Below, one piece after another: positions 27,771 through 36,455 of a DNA stretch of 64,000 bases. Each line of letters opens with the position of its first letter. Positions within the stretch are counted from its first letter, which is position 1. The notes below the pieces were generated by a model, which saw nothing but the letters and a program-made list of their open reading frames with translations, made no database searches and was not told the origin of the DNA. The DNA is from an uncultured Lachnospiraceae bacterium (GTDB lineage: Bacteria > Bacillota > Clostridia > Lachnospirales > Lachnospiraceae): contig CAKRHW010000004.1 in NCBI GenBank assembly GCA_934339365.1, positions 36,148-100,147 of the forward strand. Reading direction: 5' to 3'. The translations under genes were made by a program, and so were the position numbers.

Positions 27771-27964
27771 TATTAAGAAACCAAAATGGAAGAAGTACCA
27801 GAATATGGTTGGATTTAATTCTGAAAAAGGAATTGAACAGGGTTATTGACTGGAGTGCTGTTGATAAAGAAGATTATCTGCTTGCTATGGAAAGAAGTCC
27901 CATTAAAGATATAGAAATAAAATATATCTTAAAACAGGCATTAACAGACAGAGTGAATGATTGA
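27761..27964 (+). pseudogene. 3' remnant of a Fic/DOC-family gene
   Basis: The translation begins inside the Fic motif (..RNQNGRSTRIWLDLIL compared with HPFxxGNGRxxR). The N-terminal two-thirds are absent, and the reading frame starts inside the thrS terminator. Confidence 0.6.
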
Positions 27965-28021
27965 GAAATATACATGAAGGGGATAGACCATAGTTATTAC
28001 TCTGAAGGGTATGTTATATAC

Positions 28022-28058
28022 AAAGCTGAAGAATTGTAATGTTGTATGCTTCAGCTTT
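28022..28058. terminator. Hairpin between the Fic remnant and the convergent MATE gene
   Basis: Perfect 10-bp stem AAAGCTGAAG / CTTCAGCTTT. The U-tracts are weak. Confidence 0.45.
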
Positions 28059-28116
28059 GTATATAGATAAGGAAGAAATTGAGAATAGTGGAAGAGAATG
28101 TGGAAAAATAAGAAAA

Positions 28117-29490
28117 TTATTCATGGGATTTTTCTTTCATATGATTTAATTCTGGAAGTACGGTACAGAGCATGGTAATAAAGCACAGACTTCCACCGAT
28201 TACATTAGAGACCGGTTCTGCCATAAATACACCTCGGGTTCCCATGCCAAGGGTATATGGAAACAGGTAGGTTAGTGGCACAACAATGAATACTTTACGA
28301 AGCAGGGAGAAGAAAATTGCCTGCTTCTTTTTGTTTAATGATTTAAAAGTTGTCTGCCCGATATATTGCAAATCCATAAAAATAAATGCTGCAAAATAAA
28401 GCTTTAGTGCAGGTACTGCATCTTTTATCAGTTGTCTGTCGGAACTGAAAATCTGGATGAGAAAATGTGGTGCAAGGATAATAACGGACCACATGACAAT
28501 TGTATAAATTAAAATCATTGATGCCATGGAAAGAATTGCCTGTTTGACACGTTTTGGGCGACGGGCACCGTAATTGTAACTTAAAATCGGAGAACTTCCT
28601 TCGTTCATGGCATAAATTGGAGTTTCAACAAGTTGTCGGGCACTGGAAATAATCGTCATGACTGAGATATAGATATCGCCTCCGGTAACAGAGAGAACGT
28701 TATTGCAGCAGATGCTGACAAGGCTGTTTGTAATCTGCATGATAAATCCGGCAGTTCCGAGACTGACGATATTTTTGGCATTTTCTTTGGATTTTGAAAG
28801 TTCCTTTTTGGTTAAAAAACGAACTTTCAATTCTGAACGTTTTTTAAGAAAATAAAGTACAAATGCTGCAGAAAGTGCCTGGGAAATTACGGTTGCGATA
28901 GCTGCACCACGAATTCCAAGCTGCAGTACAAAGATGAAAACGGGATCGAGAATACAGTTTGCTATGGCACCGATAGCCACCGAAATCATACCGGTTGTGG
29001 CATAGCCCTGAGCATTAATAAATGGATTCATGCCGGTGGAAATCATAGACGGAAGTGTACCAATCAGATAGATCATCAGGTATGGATAAGCATAGACCAA
29101 AGCAGCATCAGAGGCTCCAAACAGATGAAGAATCGGACGTGCAAATACAAGCCCGATTATCATTAATATCAATGCACAACCACAGACCATGGTATAGGAC
29201 GTATTCATGATTTCAGTAGCTTTTTTAGAATCATTCCTTCCCCGGCTGATAGAAAAAAGCGGAGCACCGCCACTTCCAAACAGGTTGCTGAAAGCGGTAA
29301 TAATCACGATAATCGGGAAACACAAACCCACTGCACCGAGGGCTGTCGTACCGATATGTGGAATTCTTGCAATATAAATACGGTCTATGATGTTGTAAAG
29401 CAGGCTTAAAAGCTGGGCAACCAGCATGGGGATGGCAGCATTTAAGATATTGTTTGGAATAGAGCCATGTTCAAAATCAATTCGTTTCAT
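28117..29490 (-). CDS. MATE-family efflux transporter
   Basis: 12-TM profile. The N-terminus ILNAAIPMLVAQLLSLLYNIIDRIYI is typical of MATE. The start was moved to MKRIDF at 29490. Confidence 0.85.
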   Translation of the reverse strand: MKRIDFEHGSIPNNILNAAIPMLVAQLLSLLYNIIDRIYIARIPHIGTTALGAVGLCFPIIVIITAFSNLFGSGGAPLFSISRGRNDSKKATEIMNTSYTMVCGCALILMIIGLVFARPILHLFGASDAALVYAYPYLMIYLIGTLPSMISTGMNPFINAQGYATTGMISVAIGAIANCILDPVFIFVLQLGIRGAAIATVISQALSAAFVLYFLKKRSELKVRFLTKKELSKSKENAKNIVSLGTAGFIMQITNSLVSICCNNVLSVTGGDIYISVMTIISSARQLVETPIYAMNEGSSPILSYNYGARRPKRVKQAILSMASMILIYTIVMWSVIILAPHFLIQIFSSDRQLIKDAVPALKLYFAAFIFMDLQYIGQTTFKSLNKKKQAIFFSLLRKVFIVVPLTYLFPYTLGMGTRGVFMAEPVSNVIGGSLCFITMLCTVLPELNHMKEKSHE

Positions 29491-29579
29491 AATATTTTTA
29501 CTTCTTTCTATATCATTTATAATTATGAAATTAGTATAGCATGAATTTGTATGGATGGAAAATAGTGTTATAAAAAAGC

Positions 29580-29879
29580 TTGACCAAAACATTTTTGATG
29601 GCGTATTATCCAATCAATTACGATGCAGCAACAGAGGAGATGAAACCATGTCTTCTCATACGCACAAATGAAAAAATAAATCAAGCAAATCAAGCAGTTC
29701 AGAAACTTGCAGAAAAACATCATGCAAGATATATCGATATTAGTTTGCCATTGAAAGATGAAAATGGAAATTTAAAGGCCGAATATACAATTGAAGGAAT
29801 GCATATAAGAGAAGAGGGGTATCGTGCAATTTTTCCGGAATTTTTGCATTTTTGCAGACAATGTCAGGATGAAAATTAG
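29580..29879 (+). pseudogene. C-terminal remnant of an SGNH/GDSL hydrolase
   Basis: Only block V is present (ARYIDISLPLKDENGNLKAEYTIEGMHIREEGY, i.e. DGxH-like). The GDS block and N-terminal half are missing, and the only start is a TTG. Confidence 0.5.
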
Positions 29880-29937
29880 TGAGTATGAGAGCTGACTTAA
29901 AAAGGAGCGGTTTTATGTGCCGCCCCTTTTTTATAGA

Positions 29938-32616
29938 TTATTTTATTTTTTTAACAGCACTCCACTTACTATAATAGGTCTTCTTACCAACTTTTTTATA
30001 AGTACGAACTTTTACATAGTAAGTATTAGAAGGTGCTTTCATTTTTGCTACGGTATTCTTAGTAGTTTTTGTTGTACTCTTCTTAAAATTCTTAGAAGCA
30101 GAGTATTTTATCTGATATCCGGAAATGCCTTTTATTTTCTTTAAGCGAAGGGTCAGGTATTTCTTAGATTTCTTATATTTTTTAATAGTAGTTTTACCAG
30201 GAATCACCTTTTTCTTAGCTGTTGCTTTCACAGAAGTATTTGTTTTGGTGTTTGCAGGAGCAGGAGTTGTTGTTTCTTCGGCCACTGTAGTTTTGGCTGG
30301 GGTTAAATCAACCGTTTTTGGAGTTGCAACTGCGTTTGCTCCATAGACGGATGTATATCCCTGTCGGTATAAAGTGGCAAGCTTATCATATAATTTTGAG
30401 TATAGACCTGGATTAAATGTATAAGATGTTCCGGTAAATCCAGTTCCCTTTAAATTCATGGTAGCAATTTCAAGTCCAAGAGGGCTTGTATTGCCTCTTT
30501 TTTCAAAACCATCAGAATATGGGCCGGTCTGGTTGTAATTGATTCTTGGTTTTAATGTTGTAGATGCAGTAGAACCCTTTGTTGCAATAAAGCTGGTGCT
30601 GTTAAAAATTCCACCTGTTCCAATCCAGTGAGCTGGGTTCCAATATGGATCGTCAGAGATTGTGTTTTGATCATATATGGTATCAGGAATCTTTGAACCA
30701 CCGATAAAGTCTCCATTTTCATCAATGTCATTTATATCAGGTGTATAATTGCCGGTTGTGGTATAGATACCATCGCCACCTAGTAAGTTACAGGTAATGG
30801 CTGCCATGCCGTCACGATCCACATAAGAGCCGATTCTGGTAGAGCGATACCATGCATTTCCGGTAGTAGCAGTAGGGTGAACAAATAAAGTACATCCTTT
30901 TGCTGCGTAGTAACGACCAAGTTCCGGGTAGAAATGACCATCACGACAGATGTCAATTCCGATTTTTCCCCATTTTGTTGAAATAATTTTTGGTGTTGTT
31001 CCACAAACAGACCATTTACTTTCTAATCCTGCACGATGAATTTTCTGATAAGAATCAATTTTTCCATCCGGATATAAAATTGCTGCAGAGTTATAGACTT
31101 TTTCGACTCCGTCTTCTGTAATTTTCCCTTGTTCATCTTTTTCGCACATTCCAAAGATAATGTACATATGATATTTTTTGGCTAATTCTGAAAGTTCATT
31201 TGTAGATGGACCGGGAACAGTTTCTGCTGTTGCAACCTGCATGGAAACTCCATATTTTTTATAAAACGGATCTTTTTCTGGTTCTACCCAGCCATAGCCA
31301 CTTAATACGGTTTCAGGAAATACTAGCAGTTCCACATTTTGGCTGGCGGCTTCTTCAATATAAGTTTTCATTTTTGCAATTGTTTTCGTTTTATTGCCCC
31401 AATATCCGGTCATATTTACAACGGCTGTTTTTGGACCGTTTTCTGTAACTGGTTTAAAAGATAAGGTATCATTAGAAGTTGCCCGCATATCAAATTCTAA
31501 TTCACTGTATAATTTTGTATACAATTCCGGGTTAAAATCCTGATTACTACAGGTACTTCCTGTTTTTGCCGTAAGAGGAGATTCATTGGTAAGAAGTCCT
31601 TCTGTATCTGTTAAAATTTCCGCATCGGTTGTTTTTTTACCGTTGGAATTTTTTGAACCGGCATAATAGGTTGCACCATCAAAGGAGCCACCGAGGATTA
31701 CACTTCCGCCAGGAAAACCAACGCTATTTCCGTCTTGTTCATTCTCTTTTACTAAATCAGAACTAAGAATAGTATAGCCATCACGTGAAGCAATACTTTC
31801 TAGTCGTAAACGATAGTATTCCTGCCATGCCGAAAGATTGCCAGCAGCCCATCCGCCACCACTTGCAGTAGGATTGACAAGAATATTGCAGCCCATTGCA
31901 GAATAATATCGCTCTAATTCGGGAGTAGAATAGGTATCAAAACAAATACTGACACCTAATTTTCCATACTTTCCGGTATCAATGATTACAGGTGTTTCAC
32001 CAGGTGTGCACCAGGATCCTTCTACCGGTGTAATTTTTTGATAAGTGGTGACCTCACCTTCGGGAGAACAGATAAAAGCAGAATTATAAGCATGCTTTTT
32101 GTCTGTTACACCATCTTTTTCCACTGTTTCTGTTGCACCATAGATAATCCACATATCATCTTTGTCAGCAAGTTCGGCAAAATGTTTTGCGGTAGGACCA
32201 TCGATAGGTTCCGCACTGCTTACCGCATATTGATAGGCTTTTGATGATTCATCACTCGATGAAACATATCCCGTTACACACATTTCCGGGAATAATAAAA
32301 TTTTTACCCCTTTTTTATCTGCTTCTTCAATATATTTATCCATACTCTTAATATTTGCATCTTTATCGCCCCAGGCTGTATCAAAGTTTACAACGCCTAA
32401 TTCATCTTTTTCAAAACTGGTTGTAATACTTGTCTGCTCCAGGCGAACCTTTCTTGTGTATTCTCCACTATTTCCGGAATACGCAGAAGAAGAAATTACA
32501 CTTGAAAATGCAAATGTAAATGCCAACCCAAGTGTTGCCAGTTTCTTTACAGCTTTTTGACGAATCATTGGATGAGGTTTTGCTGGTTTCTCAGTTCTGA
32601 ATGTTTGTTTTATCAT
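29938..32616 (-). CDS. Secreted protein with two complete carbon-nitrogen hydrolase (nitrilase-superfamily) domains and a Lys-rich FN3-like C-terminal domain
   Basis: Signal peptide KKLATLGLAFTFAFSSVISSSAYS. Domain 1 E-K-C triad: LLFPEMCVTGY, YQKITP, LGVSICFD. Domain 2 triad: LVFPETVLSGY, YQKIHR, IGIDICRD. GGAGGA lies 9 nt before the ATG at 32616. Confidence 0.75.
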   Translation of the reverse strand: MIKQTFRTEKPAKPHPMIRQKAVKKLATLGLAFTFAFSSVISSSAYSGNSGEYTRKVRLEQTSITTSFEKDELGVVNFDTAWGDKDANIKSMDKYIEEADKKGVKILLFPEMCVTGYVSSSDESSKAYQYAVSSAEPIDGPTAKHFAELADKDDMWIIYGATETVEKDGVTDKKHAYNSAFICSPEGEVTTYQKITPVEGSWCTPGETPVIIDTGKYGKLGVSICFDTYSTPELERYYSAMGCNILVNPTASGGGWAAGNLSAWQEYYRLRLESIASRDGYTILSSDLVKENEQDGNSVGFPGGSVILGGSFDGATYYAGSKNSNGKKTTDAEILTDTEGLLTNESPLTAKTGSTCSNQDFNPELYTKLYSELEFDMRATSNDTLSFKPVTENGPKTAVVNMTGYWGNKTKTIAKMKTYIEEAASQNVELLVFPETVLSGYGWVEPEKDPFYKKYGVSMQVATAETVPGPSTNELSELAKKYHMYIIFGMCEKDEQGKITEDGVEKVYNSAAILYPDGKIDSYQKIHRAGLESKWSVCGTTPKIISTKWGKIGIDICRDGHFYPELGRYYAAKGCTLFVHPTATTGNAWYRSTRIGSYVDRDGMAAITCNLLGGDGIYTTTGNYTPDINDIDENGDFIGGSKIPDTIYDQNTISDDPYWNPAHWIGTGGIFNSTSFIATKGSTASTTLKPRINYNQTGPYSDGFEKRGNTSPLGLEIATMNLKGTGFTGTSYTFNPGLYSKLYDKLATLYRQGYTSVYGANAVATPKTVDLTPAKTTVAEETTTPAPANTKTNTSVKATAKKKVIPGKTTIKKYKKSKKYLTLRLKKIKGISGYQIKYSASKNFKKSTTKTTKNTVAKMKAPSNTYYVKVRTYKKVGKKTYYSKWSAVKKIK

Positions 32617-32671
32617 ATGCATAATCCTCCAAAATATTATTGAATCAGACAAAAAGACTGTGCGCACAATG

Positions 32672-32712
32672 AAAAAAATAAGGGAGTCAGCTGAAATTCA
32701 ACTGACTCCCTT
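32672..32712 (-). terminator. Intrinsic-terminator-like hairpin inside the 5' leader of the CN-hydrolase gene
   Basis: On the minus strand the sequence is AAGGGAGTCAG TTGAATTTCAG CTGACTCCCTT (11-bp perfect stem) followed by ATTTTTTTC. It lies between the predicted promoter and the start codon. Confidence 0.6.
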
Positions 32713-32738
32713 GTCCGATATTTTTTTTCTTGGTTAGG

Positions 32739-32767
32739 ATTCTACCATCTAAGAAAAAAGATGTCAA
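32739..32767 (-). promoter_or_regulatory. Sigma-A type promoter for the CN-hydrolase gene
   Basis: The minus strand reads TTGACA - 17 nt - TAGAAT. Confidence 0.65.
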
Positions 32768-32822
32768 CATAATTTTTTACTTTTAACGGCAAAATGCAAT
32801 GACTGTACAGGAAAGGAATATA

Positions 32823-32831
32823 TGGTATAAT
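32823..32831 (+). promoter_or_regulatory. Extended -10 element (TGgTATAAT) for the SGNH hydrolase gene
   Basis: TGGTATAAT lies about 45 nt upstream of the ATG at 32874. Confidence 0.45.
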
Positions 32832-32873
32832 GCAAAGAGAAACGAAAGACGGATGGAAAGAAATGGAGGAATT

Positions 32874-33800
32874 ATGAGATATCACTTAAAAAAAGGAATT
32901 CTATTAGGGATTGCTTTAGCGTGTAGTTTAGGATTAACGGAGCCTGCAAAAGCTTCATCATCGCAGAAAAGTGAAAATAAAAAAGTGGAACAATATTTTT
33001 CGCAATCTGCATTTGTAGGGAATTCGGTTAGTAAAGGATTGCAAATGTATTTTGATTATCAGGGAAAAAATTTTCTGGGACATCCCTGTATGCTGGTACA
33101 GGAAAGCTATTCTTTTGCAAATGACAGAACAGGAAATACAAGATTTATGATTAGCTATCAGGGACAGAAATACAAGGCAAAAGATGCGATTGCCAAAGCA
33201 AAAGTGAAACGTGTGTTTATCAGCATGGGAATCAATGATTTGTGGCATTCTGCTTCGGAAACGTCTCAGGAATATATAGATTATGTGGAAGGAATTCGCA
33301 GAAAAAATCCGGGCATTATCATCTTTATTCAGAGTACAACGCCAATGTGTGATGCAAGAAAAAAAGCTTTTTTAAATAATGCCTGTATTAATGCCTTAAA
33401 TAAAAAAATGGAGCAGTATTGCAAAAAGAAAAAGGATACGTATTATCTGGATATCCGACAGGGTATGACGAATAGTCAGGGAGATTTAAAATATTCTTCG
33501 GATGGGTATGTACATATGACAATGGAGGGATATCGGATTTGGACCAATAATCTAAAATCGCAGGTATCAAAGTTGTTAAAAGAAGAACAAATAGCGAAAG
33601 ATGCTGTAAAAAAGGCAGAAAAGAAAAGAACGAAAGCCGCTTATCTGAAAGCAAAACAAGTTGTAAAACAATTAGAAAAAAGCACCACGAGAGAAGAATT
33701 ATATAAAGAATTAAAAGGAAAGATAAAAAAGAATCTGAAAAAAGAGAACTCTAAAAAAGAGAAAGCAAAAAAAGAGAAAGCAAAAAAGGAAAAGAAATAA
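32874..33800 (+). CDS. Secreted SGNH/GDSL-family hydrolase with a Lys/Glu-rich C-terminal tail
   Basis: Signal peptide LLGIALACSLGLTEPAKA. SGNH blocks are FVGNSVS, SMGINDL and DGYVHMT. The tail is KKEKAKKEKAKKEKK. Confidence 0.7.
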   Translation: MRYHLKKGILLGIALACSLGLTEPAKASSSQKSENKKVEQYFSQSAFVGNSVSKGLQMYFDYQGKNFLGHPCMLVQESYSFANDRTGNTRFMISYQGQKYKAKDAIAKAKVKRVFISMGINDLWHSASETSQEYIDYVEGIRRKNPGIIIFIQSTTPMCDARKKAFLNNACINALNKKMEQYCKKKKDTYYLDIRQGMTNSQGDLKYSSDGYVHMTMEGYRIWTNNLKSQVSKLLKEEQIAKDAVKKAEKKRTKAAYLKAKQVVKQLEKSTTREELYKELKGKIKKNLKKENSKKEKAKKEKAKKEKK

Positions 33801-33815
33801 CAGGAGAAAAAAATT

Positions 33816-34583
33816 ATGGGCTGGCTGGTTGATGTAATGTTAGCTCCGTTTCGAAGTAAAAGTGAAAAAATAGGAAGGCATGGAGAAAAACTGACCGAGG
33901 ATGAATTAAAGTTTGTTCGTTTTTTTGGGCGGAAAGGGAAAATATTAAAAAATATTTATGTACCAAAAAGGGATGGAAAAACATCGGAAATAGATTTTAT
34001 CTATATTACGAAAAAGGGAATCATTGTAATAGAGAGTAAGAATTATTCCGGATGGATTTACGGAGATGATGTGTCGACTTACTGGATTTCCTTATTGTCA
34101 AATGGACAAAAAAACAGATTTTATAATCCGGTATTCCAGAATGAAACACATATCAAATGGCTTAGAAAATTATTGAATCGTGCAGGATTTTCTGATGTTC
34201 CGTTATTTTCGCTGATTGTATTTTCGGAACGTTGCGAAATCAAAAAAATGGATATTTCCAGTGATGGTGTAAAGGTCATAAAAAGAGATAAAATGTATGC
34301 GAATATCAGAGATATTTGGAGAAGAGACAGGAATTTTCTATCGGAGCAGGAAATGGAAAGCATTTATGAATTTCTGGAACCATATTGCAATGTAAGTAGA
34401 AAAATCAAAAGAGAACATATAAAAGATATTAAAAAACAATATGAGAGCAGGGAAAGCAGAAAAATCTGTCCATGGTGTGGTTCGAAACTTGTTTTAAGAA
34501 AAGCAAAACAAGGAGCTCATGCAGGCAGCAGATTTTACGGCTGCAGCAATTTTCCAAACTGTAGATATACCAGACATTTGTAA
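33816..34583 (+). CDS. NERD-domain protein with a C-terminal topoisomerase-type zinc ribbon
   Basis: NERD core is EIDFIYITKKGIIVIESKNYSGWIYG. The C-terminus is CPWCGSKLVLRKAK...FYGCSNFPNC. Confidence 0.8.
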   Translation: MGWLVDVMLAPFRSKSEKIGRHGEKLTEDELKFVRFFGRKGKILKNIYVPKRDGKTSEIDFIYITKKGIIVIESKNYSGWIYGDDVSTYWISLLSNGQKNRFYNPVFQNETHIKWLRKLLNRAGFSDVPLFSLIVFSERCEIKKMDISSDGVKVIKRDKMYANIRDIWRRDRNFLSEQEMESIYEFLEPYCNVSRKIKREHIKDIKKQYESRESRKICPWCGSKLVLRKAKQGAHAGSRFYGCSNFPNCRYTRHL

Positions 34584-34597
34584 TAGAAGGAGGCAAC

Positions 34598-35251
34598 ATG
34601 AGAGCAGAATATGATGCAGTGATATTTGATATGGATGGTGTCATCTTTGATTCGGAGAGAGCGGTTATGAAGTGCTGGAAGGAGCTGTCTGAAAAATATC
34701 ATATTGAAAATATAGAAAATGCGGTACTTTCCTGCACAGGAACAACGATGACTAGAACCAGGGAAATTATGTTAGAAAGATATGGAAAAGATTTTCCATA
34801 TGATACGTATGCGAAGGAAGCTTCTGAGCTGTTTCATAAAAGATACGATGGAGGAAGGCTTCCGATGAAAAAAGGTGTAGTGGAGCTTTTCACATTTTTA
34901 AAAGAACAGGGAAAGAAAATTGCACTTGCATCGTCTACGAGAAGGCAGACAGTGTTCAGTCAGCTTACGGAGGCAGGAATTTTCCATTATTTCGATGCAG
35001 TTATCTGCGGGGATATGGTTGCAAAAAGTAAACCGGAACCGGATATTTTTCTGAAAGCCTGCAGTGCATTAGAAGTTATTCCGGAACGCGCGTATGGAAT
35101 AGAGGATTCTTACAATGGAATCAGAGCGGTATCTGCGGGAAAACTGCATCCGATTATGGTACCAGATCTGCTTGAGGCGAATGATGAAATGAAAGCACTT
35201 GCAGAGGTGGTTCTTGCAGATCTTCTTGAAGTCAGAGAATATTTAAAATAA
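34598..35251 (+). CDS. HAD-superfamily hydrolase (beta-phosphoglucomutase-like subfamily IA)
   Basis: Motif I is FDMDGVIFDSE. Motifs II and III are ALASST and KSKPEPDIF...EDSYNG. Confidence 0.8.
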   Translation: MRAEYDAVIFDMDGVIFDSERAVMKCWKELSEKYHIENIENAVLSCTGTTMTRTREIMLERYGKDFPYDTYAKEASELFHKRYDGGRLPMKKGVVELFTFLKEQGKKIALASSTRRQTVFSQLTEAGIFHYFDAVICGDMVAKSKPEPDIFLKACSALEVIPERAYGIEDSYNGIRAVSAGKLHPIMVPDLLEANDEMKALAEVVLADLLEVREYLK

Positions 35252-35320
35252 AATGCCACCGCGAGGGTGGCAACAGATAAAGAATGGACATGATATAATG
35301 AAAAAGGATACCTTAGGTAT

Positions 35321-36394
35321 CTATTTATGGAAACAAATAGATTCAATGGTACTGAAAAGGAAGAATAGAAAGAAACAAAATGCAAAATCAAGGATAGTAA
35401 TTCCGAGGTAGCGAATAATACGATTTGGATGGGAGCATAAGGGCAGAAACCGTTGGACTTCTAAGTAGTTATAGCACCCGGCAATGATGGAGAGCAGGAT
35501 GGATAAAAAGCAAATTCGCTCTATCCATAAGGCAGCACCATAAGTATTTTTCACTTCTAACGTAAAACAACCATAAAAAATAGTTAAATAACTACAAGAG
35601 GCGAGAAGCATTTTCCATGGAGTTCGTGAGCGATAACCTGGTGGAATCAGTTTTGTCCATCTGTTCTTTTGGACAGATGGTTTTTCTTTTTCTTCGTGGG
35701 GTGTCTCAAAAGCTTTTTTTAATTCTGCTACGGTCTGATATCTTTTTTTTGGATCCATTTGTGTACAACGATTTACAATCGACTGATAGGGATGCGAAGA
35801 TAAGGATAGGGAGGAAAGCATCTCTTTTAAGAGGATTCCTAAAGAATAAATATCTGTTTGCGGAGAAGAAGAACCGAAACCATATTGTTCCGGAGCTGCA
35901 TATCCCTGTGTGCCTAGCAAAACGGTATCCTGGGATTCAGTTGCGTGAAACTGCTTGGCTGCATTAAAATCTAATAATACAACACGATTATACTCTGTAA
36001 TTATGATGTTAGAAGGTTTAATGTCCCGGTGAATAATGGGGGGATGAAGGGTATGTAGTTGTTCAAGGATGTTGCAAAGATCAATCATGTAATCAACAAT
36101 CTCTGGAAGTGTTAAGGATGCAGATTGTATTTTTTCTAGAAGAGAACAGCCGGAAATATATTCTTCAATCAGAGTAAGCTGATGATTCTCTTCATAATAT
36201 TCAATAATTCTTGGGATTCCAGCAACAGGATGATTGTATAAGTACTCGTAAATACTTAAATTATATACATCAAGGATTTTTTTGACATAAATCTTATTTG
36301 TTTCTTGATGCTGAACGAAATATATTTTATGTGATTCATTGATAACTGCAATTGTCTTATAGAAGGAAATTGCAAGACGTTTTGTGAGATTCAT
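35321..36394 (-). CDS. Membrane-anchored Hanks-type Ser/Thr protein kinase
   Basis: Kinase motifs HRDIKPSNIII, DFNAAK and GTQGYAAPE, with C-terminal TM helices. Confidence 0.85.
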   Translation of the reverse strand: MNLTKRLAISFYKTIAVINESHKIYFVQHQETNKIYVKKILDVYNLSIYEYLYNHPVAGIPRIIEYYEENHQLTLIEEYISGCSLLEKIQSASLTLPEIVDYMIDLCNILEQLHTLHPPIIHRDIKPSNIIITEYNRVVLLDFNAAKQFHATESQDTVLLGTQGYAAPEQYGFGSSSPQTDIYSLGILLKEMLSSLSLSSHPYQSIVNRCTQMDPKKRYQTVAELKKAFETPHEEKEKPSVQKNRWTKLIPPGYRSRTPWKMLLASCSYLTIFYGCFTLEVKNTYGAALWIERICFLSILLSIIAGCYNYLEVQRFLPLCSHPNRIIRYLGITILDFAFCFFLFFLFSTIESICFHK

Positions 36395-36455
36395 ATAATC
36401 ATCCTTTCGTTTATTAGAGTATTTTATAAGATTATTATATCAGAAGGAGGAGATT

